Assembly: GCF_964355755.1 (NCBI RefSeq)
Contig: NC_092675.1
Coordinates: 23,718,912 to 23,782,911 of the forward strand
Direction of reading: 5' to 3'
DNA length: 64,000 nt
DNA from: Antedon mediterranea
Lineage: Eukaryota; Animalia; Echinodermata
In this document: positions 40,757 to 55,500 of the stretch, piece after piece
Layout of the letters: each line of letters begins with the position of its first letter
How positions within the stretch are numbered: position 1 is the stretch's first letter
Program-made: the position numbers and the translations under genes
The notes under the pieces: model-generated
Databases searched by the model: none
What the model was told of the DNA's origin: nothing
Seen by the model: only the letters and a program-made list of their open reading frames with translations

Positions 40757-41640
40757 CTCATTTTTTCTTTTTTTTATTTAACAGTCAGAGGAAAAATGGT
40801 TTCCTACTTTCTAAGAGTTTTATCAGATAATCTATATTGTTTTGACACTTCTAACATGACCACAGTGCCGATTTTGTCATTTTTCCTCTAACTGTTAAAC
40901 AAGAATGAATTTCAAATATTGTTTGGTATTTTCCTTTTTTCTTTATTTGGCCTTTATGGTGCGAAATTAGAAGAAATAAATTAAATTATGAATGAATTTC
41001 CACGGCCAATAAGAACATCCGACTGCACTACTCGAAGTAATAAATAGGAAGAAAGAGATTGTCGCACCCACCATGCTTTACAGCGCCAGCATTTGAAATA
41101 TTATTCCTTTCTAGTCGATAAAGTGTATTCATATTATATTAATATATAAAATAAAATGCACAGCACAAAAATATCAGACCTCATTCTAATACCAAGAATG
41201 ATTTCCTTTATAATAATAGAATAATCTGTCTTCATCGTCAAATAACTTATCATTATGTGGTAATCTCAACAAAGTATTCTTTATCGCTGCTGTCTATTAT
41301 TTGTTTCAATATGTATGTCTATATGGAAGTTGATATTTGTCAATGTTACATTGGTTAATGTTAGTTACACTTTTAATGTTTAATTAAATAAGTAGGTAAT
41401 AAGAGAAGCTATATACAAAATATTAACCTGTCAGCTTGTGGAACCGTTCACATTGTTGGAAGATGATATTAATGTATGCCTACTGCTTAAAAATACACTG
41501 AAAACGATTATTGGACAGAGAGTGTTGATGAAACACGACAATGTTGAAGAATTTGGGGTTTTATTAATCAAAATCTATATATTGTTGAATCTAATATATA
41601 CTTATTAATTAATTTAATTATTACTTAAAAGTACTTCAAC

Positions 41641-41719
41641 AAGGCATACGTGGCTGCAGTCGCGTGCTCAAATTTGAGTTAGTGTTTACCGACCGACCGA
41701 TCAACCGACCGACATAGTT
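41641..41719 (-). mobile_element. HINE-like element, truncated
   Basis: ggctgcagtcgcgtgctcaa...ttagtgtttaccgaccgacc...gacatagt. Confidence 0.65.
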
Positions 41720-43117
41720 TATTTAAGAATAAAAGATTCAGTTGTTATTGCAGTGTAAGTCAGCAATATGACTAGATCCATGCGATTTTATTTTAAGACC
41801 TGTGTTTATGTATCCTCATGTTCCTTATAATCTGTATAGTAACTCTCGTTATTGTCAATTTCATGAAATTTTACAAAATAACTTTTATGTCATAAATGGT
41901 TGGTTTGAATTTTTAAGACATGAAATTATAAATTACTTTGCAATTTAATGACATTTTCTGTCAACGACTATTAACCAAATTCAGGTTAGAGGATGACCTG
42001 GTGTTGCTTACGATAAATATTTTAATTTGACAGCATCTTGATTACCAAAAGCAGTTGTAAGTTTATATCAATTCTAATTTCACTGGATATCTTTATTAGA
42101 TTAAATTATGTTTCTCACTCGATTATAACATGCCTTTATTCAGGTTAAATGATAAACATTCGATTACTAAAATTAAAATGTTCATCGTCCCAGTAAATTA
42201 TATTTAGCTTAGATAAACATGTTTTCTGGTGTATCTGCCGAATTTCGTTCAATGTTTCCTATCGTTAAACAATAATAAAGCTTAGACTTATCCATTCATG
42301 GTCTCTCAACTACATGGTACCACAGCCCTTCTTAAATTAAAGGGTATGTTTAATTTTGTTGTGATGATTAAATGATTATTATCAACGTAATTTTTTGTTA
42401 TATATGCTGTACTATAACTATATTTAAATTGCTTGAAAGACTTTTATATTTGTTCATTTTTACTTTCTGCTTCCACAATTGAGAGAAACTAAACAGCTTC
42501 GGTTTACGTTTTGTTAATACTGATTCTCAATATTTCAGTTTCACTCTTATATTTGTATTAATATACTAGTAGAAAACACAATCTATAATACATATTTTTT
42601 AATTTAGTAGGCTCAAAACTTTGTTTTAAATGGTGATCCTTCTTTTATAAGCATATGTTTCAAGAATGTTCTTTTTTACAAATTATAACGTTATTTGTTA
42701 GACTCATAGTATCATATATAATTACCAATATTGTGATGTTCTATTGCCAATATTTTAGATCGGTACAAAGAAAATAAAATAAGTATTAGCATTGTCAAAT
42801 ATAAAATTGAGAACGCATGCATACATATTCTTAATACAGTAATACTTTTTTGCGTTAACATATTCTTGTTTTTCTTTGTTACTTCTCAATGGTTAAAATA
42901 ACAACTTTTGAAACGAACTCGTTAGAAGATTGATAAATTAAAACGATGCGTTCCTTTCCAAGTATAATGAACATAATATTAGGTAATGTTGCAGTAAGTC
43001 ATCAAACACCTCATTAGCGGCAATACATCATACTTTGATTATGACGCATTAGTTGCTAATTATTTAAAATCACGCATGCGCATCAACAGTGTAACTTACA
43101 GCGTTTAACAGAAACAG

Positions 43118-43285
43118 CAAGGCCATATACATGGCTGCAGTCGCGTGCTCAAGTTAGTGTTTACCGACCAATCGACCAACCGCCGATCGATCGACTGACC
43201 AACCGACCGACCAACTGACTGACCGACTGACCGACCGACCGACATAGTAAGCTATAGAGTCGCGTTGCACGCACGCGACTAAAAA
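43118..43285 (-). mobile_element. HINE/DINE-1-like element, most complete copy
   Basis: Minus strand reads TTTTTAGTCGCGTGC...AACGCGACT (5' palindrome), (GTCG/GTCA)n microsatellite, GCACGCGACT subTIR, GCCATGTATATGGC hairpin, TTG end. Confidence 0.8.
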
Positions 43286-46200
43286 TGGTGTACACAGCTT
43301 TGAATTGGTGCTGGAAATGACGTAGGTCAGACAGCAGATAAGCAATTAAAATAAACGTGCAATATACAAGCAGGTAACTGGTATTGCTCATTATGATGTC
43401 GTCTTGTTCATTAAACTGGGGCATTAGTTAGAGCTAACTAACGGAAATTACATATTCTGGTTTCTTTCATTAAATATAGTCATTGTTATAGGAAATTTAA
43501 AGTAAAAAAATCAATAAATAAAAAGTGATCAAGGATTGACAACAACACAATAGGATACGATGAGTATGAGTATTGTATTGTCTGATGTTTGAGTTGAAAA
43601 AGTTCGATTGCCATTCAAAACAGTTATATCCATTTTCTAACTCTACCAGACTTGTCATGGATGACAGTGTGGTGTAACTATATCTAAAATTCATTATGTT
43701 ATTGGAGTGGTGTATCTACACTGTTCTTAACTTTACCTAATGTTGCTGTATACATCTAGGCCTATAACAATATAGTATTATAATAACGTGTTTGTGGGTG
43801 ATGTGAAATAATTAATATACAACGTTAATGAAATGTATAACAATACAATCAGGCTGAATTATAGGTTATACCTGGTCATGTATATTACGTTATTTTTAAT
43901 TGTGTGCTGCCAAGTGATGCATGACAAGTTTTAAATTTATAAAGTCGATATTATTAATTAATGTATTGTAGTTAAGTATACTACTGTAACGTTCAATACG
44001 CGGTGTTCTTATACTCTTCGGGTCATTTCTAATCTATCGATAAATATGATATTAGATAGTTATAAAATAAATATTTTGTTAGTTTTTTGTTAGAATTTTA
44101 AAAATACATTCATAATTTAGGAAGAAATAAATGTATAATGTAGGTCGAGATGAATAAAAACTGTAATCTACTAAATTAAATTAAATTAAGTTTTTTTTTA
44201 AATGTTATGAATTACGTCCAATGTTTGAGGTGCAGCATGTGTTACTACTACTGTCAGTCGTCTTCAGGATAATTTATTATTTATTGAGAATATGAATATA
44301 ATGGAAATTATTAAGAGTATTAGTTTGAAATTTGTGAGTGAAGACTGTGTACTAACCATATTTTATATATACTTCGACCACATCTCCAACCATGCATATC
44401 ATGAATACTATTATTTCCTTTTGGAAAAACATGGAGTATGCAAACCTAACTATTAGTGCCATTCAATATCAATAACCTAATCATACTTTCAATTCAATGA
44501 CATCAAGAAAGATCAGTCATGTCATGATGCAGAGCTATCTGACCTGGTATTATCAGAAATCAATTAGATTACGTAGTATAATATGGGCCTAGACGTAATA
44601 TTCAGAAAGTTCAGGTACTTAGGTAAGGCCTATTGGAATCAGCACACATTAGGCATAATTATGTAAGGACGATCTTATAGTTTTGCTCCTTCTATTGCAG
44701 AAAGAGTACCGTAGTAACTAAATAACCCTTAAGCAAGAAAGTGATCACAAGTAATAACAAGTTCAGGTGAAATCGATCATTTTAAATAAACTTAAATATT
44801 GAATCTAATTCGTTACATCTAGCGGCGTTTGTCATTGGTTTTCTGGGAAATATATCAATATACTGATTAAATGGTATATTCCGTCCTGGTCAAATAATCA
44901 TCAAAATGATAACTGCCTAAAGATACTATAAGAAGGTCTTATCAGATGAGTAATGCTCAACTAGTGTTCAGTTTTTGGAGAAGTAAGGAAGAGTTAAAAT
45001 AACAATGTCAATAATAATTCTTTTGCTATGGTCTGCCAGCTCTTTTCATTTAAAAGGAAACTTTGTCAATATAAATATAATCTATAGACATTTCTATAGA
45101 CTAAATTTATATAAATTATATTAAATTTTGAATATTTTTGAAAGTCGGAAAATAGTAATAATGTATAGCACATACAATATTACATTGACAAAACGACTAC
45201 CTTCTTCCTGAAAGCTGTTTACTGGATACGATTAGACATTAGGCTGGAGAGTCCACTAAGCCATGAGACTAAAGTACAAAAACACAGTCTAGTAACATGT
45301 GTCAGTACGGGTCTTGCTGCCCGTCTATTTATTATTCGGTTAACGGTAATTTCAATTTAGTTGGGACCTACGCAATACATTTCAGCAAAAAAATGAACAT
45401 GTTATTGGCAGAAGTATAATTATAATATTTAATTTTTGTTTTAAACAAACTGGGTTATGTTTTTATTTACTGATGGTGAATACAAACATCATTACATTCC
45501 AGTTATGCTCATATTATATATAATTTTAATCGTCAGTATTTATAATACTATTATTTCATTACATATTCAATAACATGAATTGGAAATGGTTCATGTTATA
45601 CAGGCGGTTATTGACCACACACAAACAACGCTTACAAAAGTCTGATTTATGAATTTAATTTTACGTTAGAGACTAAACTAAGTCTGTCAAGCTTGGCGCC
45701 CATCGTAATCCAAGATAAAGTAGCCGATTGTGTATCTAGGCAAATGTCATAATGTGTATAATATCGTCGAAGCATACCTGAATACAGTGTCACACGTGAC
45801 ATTGTATTTTCTTGGCTGTAAGCTGATACTTAAAGTAATTCGTAAGCTACACTGTATTACAGAACTCACTGAAGAAATTAAGACACAGAGAATCATATAG
45901 ATAAAAACTATTACCGTATTAGACTTACTGAAAATACAATATAAGAGCCTAAACACTTATTCGGCCTGGATATGCCTAAAAACTAAACAATCCTTCAGTT
46001 TAAAAGATTCTAAACAAACTAAATCAGTTTACCACTAAAATGGCGTTGGCAGTACTCAATTGGTAGCATGTAAATTAAATTTGTGTAGGACTGTTGAAAT
46101 GGTCTCTTTATAAATATTTATTTCTGTTAATTGTTTACATTTGTCACACACATATGCCTAGTTTATATTCACTTCTTACAGTAATGCACAGGACTGTAAA

Positions 46201-46566
46201 TGACACTAAAAAAAGATATATTCATTTTAAAATTATTCTTATTCTTATAATAATGAAAACAAAACCTTAATATAGATAGCCGTATTGGAAGCAACCAGTC
46301 GATACAATAGGTCAAACAGTAAAGATCGACCTAAATTTATTTTTAGCTTAGGTTTGTTTAAGTACTCGCATATGTAATAAAGAAAGCTTATATATCTTGA
46401 TATAACACTGATATTATTTATATTTCTTAAATAATATTTTTTTGTATTTTTCATGTACAAATGACTGCTTCATCAACAACCCTTATAAATTGTCATGCCT
46501 TAATACTCCTTCCACATTACCTATGAAGACACGACAATGCAAATTCTTGAATATTGAATTACTTAC

Positions 46567-46569
46567 CAT
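46567..46569 (-). CDS. Candidate start-codon-only coding end of an upstream exon of the SLC16 gene
   Basis: AAACAAAAATG|GTAAGT: A-rich Kozak context directly followed by a consensus donor, phase 0, compatible with the acceptor at 35913. Confidence 0.5.
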
Positions 46570-49500
46570 TTTTGTTTGTTTCAAATGATAAACTTCTTTA
46601 AAAAGAAATAATCACAACATGACTTTCAGAGCACAGTGGACAAAGTTGTTTAGAGATTCCAAACGATGCTGTTAGTGTTGGTATTGCAATTCTAAGTCGA
46701 ACATTGGGCGATAGCATAACGGTTCCCAGTCTACTGTACATCATGCATTTTTAATGAAAACTTTTGTAGTAAGTATTGGACCGCGTGTTTGTATTGTAGC
46801 CCAAATCGATCAGGTTGTAAGGTGAATTATTGATCTTTTTACATCTTCTAGTAAATGTGTATCGAATTGTATATAAACATATAGTTTCGTGTTCTAATTT
46901 ACTTTAATTTACATCTAATGTCAATAAATGAGGTGTCAACAAAACATATGCCACTTGTGGAGTAAACATTTTTTTGTTATCTGGAAAACGTTCACTGAAA
47001 ATCGCTGTAGTCAAAATGGTCAAGTAGTTGTATTAAACGTTATTCGCTTCATAAAATATTAAAATTTACATAATCGTGATCAATTTGACATATTAATTGA
47101 GGTAATGTGCTATAATTTATCCCAAGTATGAAGGCTCCGTAATCAAGTTATATCTGTCAAATACTTTGACTAGCATATTTTACAATGTTATTAAGAAATA
47201 AACCACTAAGATGACATTTACAAGTGTCATCGTAAATCAATATATCAGAGCCTGGATTCAAGACTGTCATTCAACCAGACCATAAAAATTGATAGAAGAT
47301 ATGAAACATGAAAATATAAAACAAGTCTGTCAAGATTGAATATACGTTTTGGAAATTTGCTAACAGGTCCCTGTGGAGGTATAAGGTAGACATTTCTCTT
47401 TTGTTGCATTAAGATAGAAATGTATATTAATATAAATTTTGACAGAAATGGAGAAACTTTAAACCGCTAAGAAATAACGGTGTCTGAAATAAATAACAAT
47501 GGAAGATATTAAAGATAACAAACGGTGAGGCAGAACACATTCCCAATAACAATCGTGGTGGTTTGGCTTTGACCACTAGGACTTCAACATTATGTGAACA
47601 ATTCGATTGAATAACAACTCCATGACCACCAAGGTACTGGTTCGGTTACACAGTACACGGAAGAGCGACTCACTATGGGTTATTACTGGTTCATTTTCCT
47701 CTTTCGCGATGTATTCCGCATGTATTCTTTCTTCATACATGCAATGTTATAGAACTATTGAAATATAACATATTTACCTTGTCCTAGAATTGCTGAACGG
47801 CTTGTAATTAAAGAACTGATTTGTTTGATAAAATGATGAATAATGAATAATTAATATAGAAAGTTTGTATCTCTGTTCGTAACCCATCAACCAGAGAACA
47901 TTCACTTGACATGTCAAATTATTTTCTGTGACTATTTTTCCCTGGTTTGCTGAATCACTGCAGACGCATACATTTCCAAATTTAAATTCTTCTAGAGTGT
48001 TCCATTCTATAATACTAGTTGAATACATATAAATTTAAATATACTAGAATTATGTCTACGAACTAAGTTATATAGCCTACAGTATATGCTACAAGTTGCT
48101 CTTAAACAGGTTGGAGTGCACAGCAAGAGAGATGTATGTCTAAATAGCAAATAGACCGGTAAGTTAGCATGGTTATAATTGATATACTTGTTGGTAATCA
48201 CCTTTTAATTTCTTCGTATATATCAAGAAACGTGCAGCGCATTCATCCACGAAAGACAGTGTTTGTCAGATTGAGGTCTGTGCATTACGTCGCCAGGTGT
48301 TCATAGTTCAACACATCGCGACTTATGAAGTAACGTATGATGTCATAAAAACTAGACAACAACATACTTCACATTACCTTTTTCGTAACATTTATTATCT
48401 AACTATACAGATAAAACCAGTTTACCAATTACAGTGGGAAACATTCATTATACAAAACCAGCTCCTTTCGCTTCCAATAGAATATCGATTTACAGGAGCT
48501 AAACAATTGCAGCGTATATTAATTGATCGAAGCAATTCTCAGCATGTTGTGTGTAAATTCAGTATACACATTTCTGTACAGTACATTATAAGTATACCAA
48601 ACACAAAGCTAGTACACCAAAGACATTCTTACATGTTTATAAAGTACCGATGGAATTGAAGGACAATCAAAGACATTACAGAAAGCTTCATTATGGTCAC
48701 TGGTGGTAGTCACTTCATAATATGACTGTGGTGGACATAAGGTCGCCTTTTTTAATCGATTGATTCAGACAATTTTGGAAGTAGACATAAGTTGAGTTAA
48801 CACGTCTGTATTATTAGTGGAACAGAAACGAGCCAATAAAATAGATGTTGGAAGGGAAACGATACGACTAAAGCAGCAAATTGTGGAAATCTAAGTTAAT
48901 TTTTATAGGTTGCTTTTTTGCTCCCACTTTAGTTATATTTATTTACATAGGCCTATTATGCTGCATTTTTTATGCGCAAACTTACTGGTATATTATCTTT
49001 CTCAAAATAATCTATAATAAGACGTGCTGCAGATTGAACAATGATAATTTGAACCATTAATTGAAGACATTTAGGATATCACTTTTAAAATCATTAATGC
49101 TAACAATAGAGGAAAATATAGTGGGCCTACTTTAATCATGGATTAATATTGTAAAAAAAATCGACATTCTACGTGAAATTTGTTTATTACTAAATGTAAC
49201 GTAACGTAACGGTTACATGTGAGTAATGGAATAAGTTATATTCCATGTTTAGTATGACATTGCGACCGAATAGTGAGTGCTACTTTGCCCTTTTTTTTAA
49301 TTAAGCAACACCTAAATAACAAATTTATCTCCCAAAAATATCGTTTTGCACCTAAATCAAGCTTGAACTTATCTGACACATAAAACAACACTCTGTGTCA
49401 CATCCAGCTTTCTGAAGTAGTTCAATATTTATGATAATGATGAAACCATTATAAACAACTTATTATTGATAAAATAGTTTGCAAATTGGGTCTGTAGGCG

Positions 49501-51001
49501 ACGAACAATTCTGACGAATCCTAGCATGTGTATTTAATTGTCAATTTGACATATACATTAGGTTTTTCTATGTTGCTGTTCATATACCTACATATTTTAT
49601 CCGATGTTCTGTAACCGCTATATACAAATCCATGTAAACTCAGATTCAAAGTATGAGTTCAATTTGATGACAACTTCTACATCTTAATGGTCTTTGGGTC
49701 TTTGTAGGTAATTGTCTAATTATATGTACACATACCATGTCAACAATTTAACTACTGTATTCTTTAACATCATTTCTACGAAAGCTTGTTTTCTGGCAAT
49801 TGAGTAGAAGTTTCAACATAGTAAGACATAATTTCGATATAGAAATAACTTTAAAATACTACTGGACTTTCATACAGTAGACCTAAGTGCATCGAGGCGT
49901 GACAGAGTGTTACGCATACTTAACTTCGATTATTATAAATTAAAAAGGTTAATACTTTTGTATCAAAGTTATTCTTATGCATTAATTTTAATACATATAT
50001 AATACAATACAAAATCGACATCTATGAAAGATAAGGATAATGCTGCAGTTATTATAGAGATGACTTATTTTATTTTCATACATTTTCACACACCTTTATT
50101 CTAAATTGTTCATGTTTATAACAAGCGATGCTACATGATTTTTTCGTAATCTTAATATACGATGGTTAATCTAGGTGCAGTAACAATGTTTATAATAAAA
50201 AAAGTATATTTTTTATTGATATACATACCTTTTTTATCTCACAAATTTAACAAGTGAGAGTACATTTTGGTTAACACTAAACAAAGTTTTGTAGCGCCAA
50301 ACGACACTCGTTCTGCTAAACCGCTGCTTTCAAAAACGTTAAATTCATAGACTACAGTACCGGTATACAAATAAAATATATAATTTGTAAATGCATTAAA
50401 ATATTAAACAAAAAAATTAATATTAATGTGATTCTAAATAAAATGACAATGTTACAATTGGTCATTATTTCTTGGTTAAAATTGCTTATATATTTGAGAT
50501 ATGATTTTAACTTTTAAATTAACTTTTTTTAAACTAGAATACAGAAATAATTTGCATTAAAACTTGAATGAATACTATACCTGTAATACATAATATACAT
50601 TCCATTTTCAAAAAAAATATAAGGCCCTATTTTAAAATGTGATCATTTGGCTTTGTTTGATATAAGATTTAATATGACTGAGAAATTTGCTCTTATATAG
50701 CTGTACAGTACTGTAAGTGTTATTATTATTATTATTATCATTATATAATGATAATATTTGAGACATTTTGAACTGCAAGCCTTTTTTGATATTGTTTTTC
50801 TTTATTCTTTAAATATTGTTTATATTTCAAGCTATTGGCAGGCATGAAAGAATTTAAAAAATATAATACGGCTACGAAAGCCCACGCAACGATTTTCACA
50901 AGCTCGTTATACGGGTGCAAAATAAATATTACTCTACAATTGTTCAATCGTATACGGTATAAAGTTTGTATTTTTAATAAGTAATGATGGATAAAACTTA
51001 C

Positions 51002-51219
51002 CGAACCTGTTGCTAAATTGAGTGGACGGTCTTATGTTCCTCAATGCGTGAAGCCGGTAAATGATGAATACAGCTTACTACCAATAGCTTCTATAGATTA
51101 ACTTCAATAGAAAAAGTGAGGGCGTTCCATAAGTAGTAAAATCCATAGGCATTTGTATTTTGTGGGAAGATAATTGTTAAGTATTAGTTGTTTGCACCAG
51201 GACACAATAACTCCTCACA
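51002..51219 (-). other. Candidate non-coding (5'UTR) exon, possibly of the SLC16 gene
   Basis: TTTTATTTCAG acceptor and G|GTAAGT donor; not part of the GMC reading frame, which stops at 52448. Confidence 0.35.
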
Positions 51220-52447
51220 CTGAAATAAAACGAATGAATGCATGAATGCGTTGAACCAAGCCTTGATTATCTGTATAAAATTACTTTCTAAAGTCTAAGT
51301 TGACAATGTGTATAGTTATATGTTGCTTGCCGATGGTCGATGCTAGCCAAAATATGTCATTTTGTGTACACAATTATAAACATAAAATGCTTTAATTAAT
51401 ATCTAGGCTACGCATTGCCTTAGGCTAGTGGCTAATTGATAGCCGGTAATTTTGTCGCCAAGCAGAGTTGCCGGTGAAACGTGTAGGCCTATGTGATGCT
51501 AGTAGGCCAGACAGGGCTAGGCCGATTACCAGTAGCCGCCGGTGAATGTTTTCCCCGTTTTTGTGATAGTTATGACAATGAAAAGTTCCCTTCAAGCGGA
51601 GAATCAACATCTTTGTATTAACGAGGGCATCCATAATTAAGATTTCCGGAAAATAGCTTTGCCTATATAAACCAGCCATACGCAGTTGATAAAGCCATGA
51701 TAAATTAAAGATATTATAGAGGGCACTAGATTTCGTCACAAACCAACCAAACTGTAATTATAATACCCTATACGCATGTGCAGTTTGAGTGTTTAATGGA
51801 ATGCGTAACAAAACTTCTCGCATGTTCTTTTTACAGAAAATATGTTAATAAAGGTTGACATAGAAAAATAGAATACGCTTCATGTTCACTCTTTTACCAC
51901 ATATTTGTTTTTCGAGAGAATAATAACATGTATGAATTACATATTTGGTGGAACGCTGGTGGCGCGTATGGTGATCAGATTGACAACACACAAAATAAGG
52001 TAATACTACACATTTATAGTTTTGTTATCTAAAGTTCATATCATTAGTATTTATTCATGAAGACTGATTTATTAAACGTAACTCATAACATCTTCATATT
52101 ATATATATATAGATTATTATATTTATTTATTTATTATTTTATTTATTTGATTATTATAAAATAGGCCAACGATGAACCTGTTGTTCGTTTTCTTTATACA
52201 GTATTGAAATACTAAAGGTACAAAATAAATGAATTGTATCATAGCTTTCTTTACAATTTGCCTCGATCGATATACTACCTGTATCGTTTATTTTATTTCA
52301 GCATATTTTCAAAGAATAATTATAGTAACAACATTATTTATGTTTACTAGGCCTAGTATTGTTTTTATTTCCCTGCATACCTAAAATATAATAGTACCAT
52401 GTTACATGACACGACATACACAATTTGGTTTATTCTCTAAGCCCTAC

Positions 52448-52577
52448 TTATGTTTCAGATAAGATAATAGTTGCAGCTTTTTGACCAATCATAATGCTTG
52501 GTGCGTTTGTATTTCCCGACGTCACTTCCGGCATAATTGACGCATCAGCAACTCGTAGTCCAACTACACCTTTAACT
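52448..52577 (-). CDS. GMC oxidoreductase terminal exon
   Basis: [42 protein letters not shown] (catalytic Asn region). Confidence 0.93.
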
Positions 52578-55500
52578 CTGAAATAATTAAATGGCATAAC
52601 ATAAAACGCATATTAATGTTGATATACTTTCAAGCAAAGCAGACTGTTCTTCGTGGAGGAACCCCCATTAATATTTAAATAACTATATTCATCATCGGCG
52701 GCGGTACCAATAAAGTGTAAACGTATTTAGGTAAGAGGTTAGGTAAGTAAATCATTATACACTAAGTTTACTACTAAGCATACATGTCACTCTATCCTCC
52801 TTTTATGTTACGATTGTTGTCATTAGATAATCAAGGTTTTATTATGTGTAATAATGAATTAAGTTTAAAACCTGAGTTTAGGATCAACAACCGTAGATGG
52901 ATCGTCTGCCGCCCCCATACGACAAGTACCAGTAGGATGGTAAATAGTTGCTGCAATGTGACGTACAAACTGTTCCCGGTATTCGTCAGTATATTTATTA
53001 ATTTGAGTATCAGTAACGTCAGGAAGATCTAGTTTAAGTCTAAAAAGAAAAGAAACTTCAGTGCTGACAATATCTTTGATACAGACAGTTATTTATTTTG
53101 ATGAAAATCCTTAAGAGCATTGTACTCTTACCCAAATGGCTTCATTGCCTCTGTTGCAGCGATCTTCTGGCAAATCTCTAGCCCCTATGGTGATAAGAAC
53201 AGATAATAAAATACTATACTGGGATTATTGGGTGTGTATGGGCCTTACGTGTTACTGTCAAAATGTGTAAAAACGTAAATACATATTTAAATGCGAACTA
53301 AAGAAAACAAAGGTTCAATAAAACTGGTCATGATTTAAAGGAAGGCCTACTGGATGCAATTAGGCCAAATTGGTTGATGAGCTAAGCTTGATGATTATTA
53401 AACATTACAAGGAAATGCTTTGACTACCTTTGCCAATATATTTACATCTCGTTGATCTGAAAGATAGTTTGGCTGTATAATAGGTGGCACTGTTGGGTCA
53501 GCACTGGATAATTTGATGAAACCATTACTCTTCGGATGAAGCAACACCGGTGCTAGTGTGATTCCTTCAAATGACTTGCGTTCATCTTCTGGGATGTCAT
53601 AGCCCAGGTCAGTTTTGTATCTGTAAAAATGTTAAATATTTATATAGCAAAGACTAAAGACATAATTGAAGCCAAATAGAGATTCATTAAAAACACATCA
53701 ATTCAGCGAAAGAAAACACAAACGTGTTTTTAAAGAGTGTCCGAGTTTAACACTATTTTGAAAAGTCATTTTCCAGCTGCATATGACTACAGAGAGTTTG
53801 GTTTGTATGGCTGAGTTCATTGTCCACCTGCAAAATAGCTCTATTGTTAAAGTTTGTCAACTTGTCTACGTACTAGCCAACTTTGAAAACTTTTCTCGGA
53901 GTTTGCAAACTTCAATTATCTAGTGTAGACTGGGGTTGTAATGAGGTGTTCCACTGGTAAGTTCAACTGTATGAGTTTTGTCTGTAAAGGGTTTGGCCGA
54001 AATTTTTTTATTTCGGTGATTTAACAATTTGCCATGTAGGGGTAAAAGGTGCTGTTTTATAGCGTATTATGATTATTCAGAGGCACCATACCTTTCTTCA
54101 TAATTCAATACACTAAACTGATGTATGCCAAGTGCAAAGTAACTTGGAACTAAGATAATCTGTATGTCTGGCCATTCGTATTTTTTCTGTGAAAAAAGAT
54201 GAAAACATTTTATGAGGAAATTATTTATTTTAAATCAACAATTAATCCGTTCGTCCACTCCAAACAGTTTTTTTTAAATAGAATTATAATGCCTGATACA
54301 ACAATTGAATTGAACACATAACGTGTTTTTATTGTTAAAAAATAACAAGCTAAAAGATCTTGAGATTTAGAAAAGGAAAATCACGTGGACGATGGCACTT
54401 GTAATGATGAAGACAAGTATTAATGAATAATTCAAATCAGAAAAGTACAATACAATATTTGAATTTGCCTTCACGATACTAATAAACAGATTATTTTATC
54501 TGTTTTTTAATGTTTATTATTCTGCGCATATAAATTGAATGGGTTTTCTATAGCAACGCGACTCTACAGCTCACTATTAGTAGAGTCATTTTCATGAGAT
54601 TCCTGACTAATTTTAGGATACCTTTTTTTGGCTATGGATTTAGTGAGATGAACCAATTTAGAAAAAATATAGCTCCTATACACCTCCCCAAAATCGCGGC
54701 AAAGTGTATCTTAGAGGGCGTTTTTAAAATGGCCGCCTATAAGATATATTTCTCTAGGTGTTAGTTACGGATCTCATGAAAATGACTCTACTATATGTCG
54801 GTTTGTTGGTTGGTGGGTAAACACTAACTTGAGAATGCGACTGCAGCCATGTATATGGCCTTGTTTTGGCCACGTAGTAGTACTGTAGTTTTATAACAAG
54901 AGTATATTTTTATTTAAACACAATCAGGTTTTTACAAAAAAAAGGAAGGAATAATCCCACCGACAAACCATGTTTTTGTATAAGTTATGCTGTCCTTATT
55001 TGGGCAAACTGGTAATGTTAGGCCATATTATGAACTCTTAAATGTACAATAATAAGAACTAACCTCCATCCCACTGTTTAAGAACGCAACAGCTTCAAGA
55101 CCATTCGTTGATAGCATTCCCTGAATAAAGAAATAGTAAAAAAGGAATGGGGTGTCACGAAACCTAAGACCACGAAAGCTAAGACCCCCTAAGACCTAAG
55201 ATCACGAAAGCTAAGACCCAAGGCCTAAGATTACAAATTCTAAGATATACTACAGCTTAAAAACAATACTTGTTTATCCATACATAATTTTAAACATAGT
55301 AGGTTTCATTTATTACCATAAATATAATTAAATACTACCGCAAAACATAGATAAACTCACGTTATTTTCGCCCGTTGAGTAAATGTATATTTTTCTTTAC
55401 AACAAACAAACTTGACGGATTATTTGTTGGTATATATTTACTCCAATTGTGTTGGTTCAGAGGATGTTTTTCTTTCGCACCTGCCTTTCTTGTATTTTGA

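Noticed and set aside
43154-43424. ORFs with SVGRSV/SVSQ repeats
   Set aside because: They are translations of the HINE tetranucleotide microsatellite.
30004-44275. atcctgaagacgac motifs at ~30008 (+) and ~44258 (-) as hammerhead cores
   Set aside because: CTGAAGA is present but no paired stem II closing onto GAAA follows.
51002-51219. Additional GMC coding exon
   Set aside because: The GMC frame is complete and stops at 52448; this segment has early stops and no GMC motifs.
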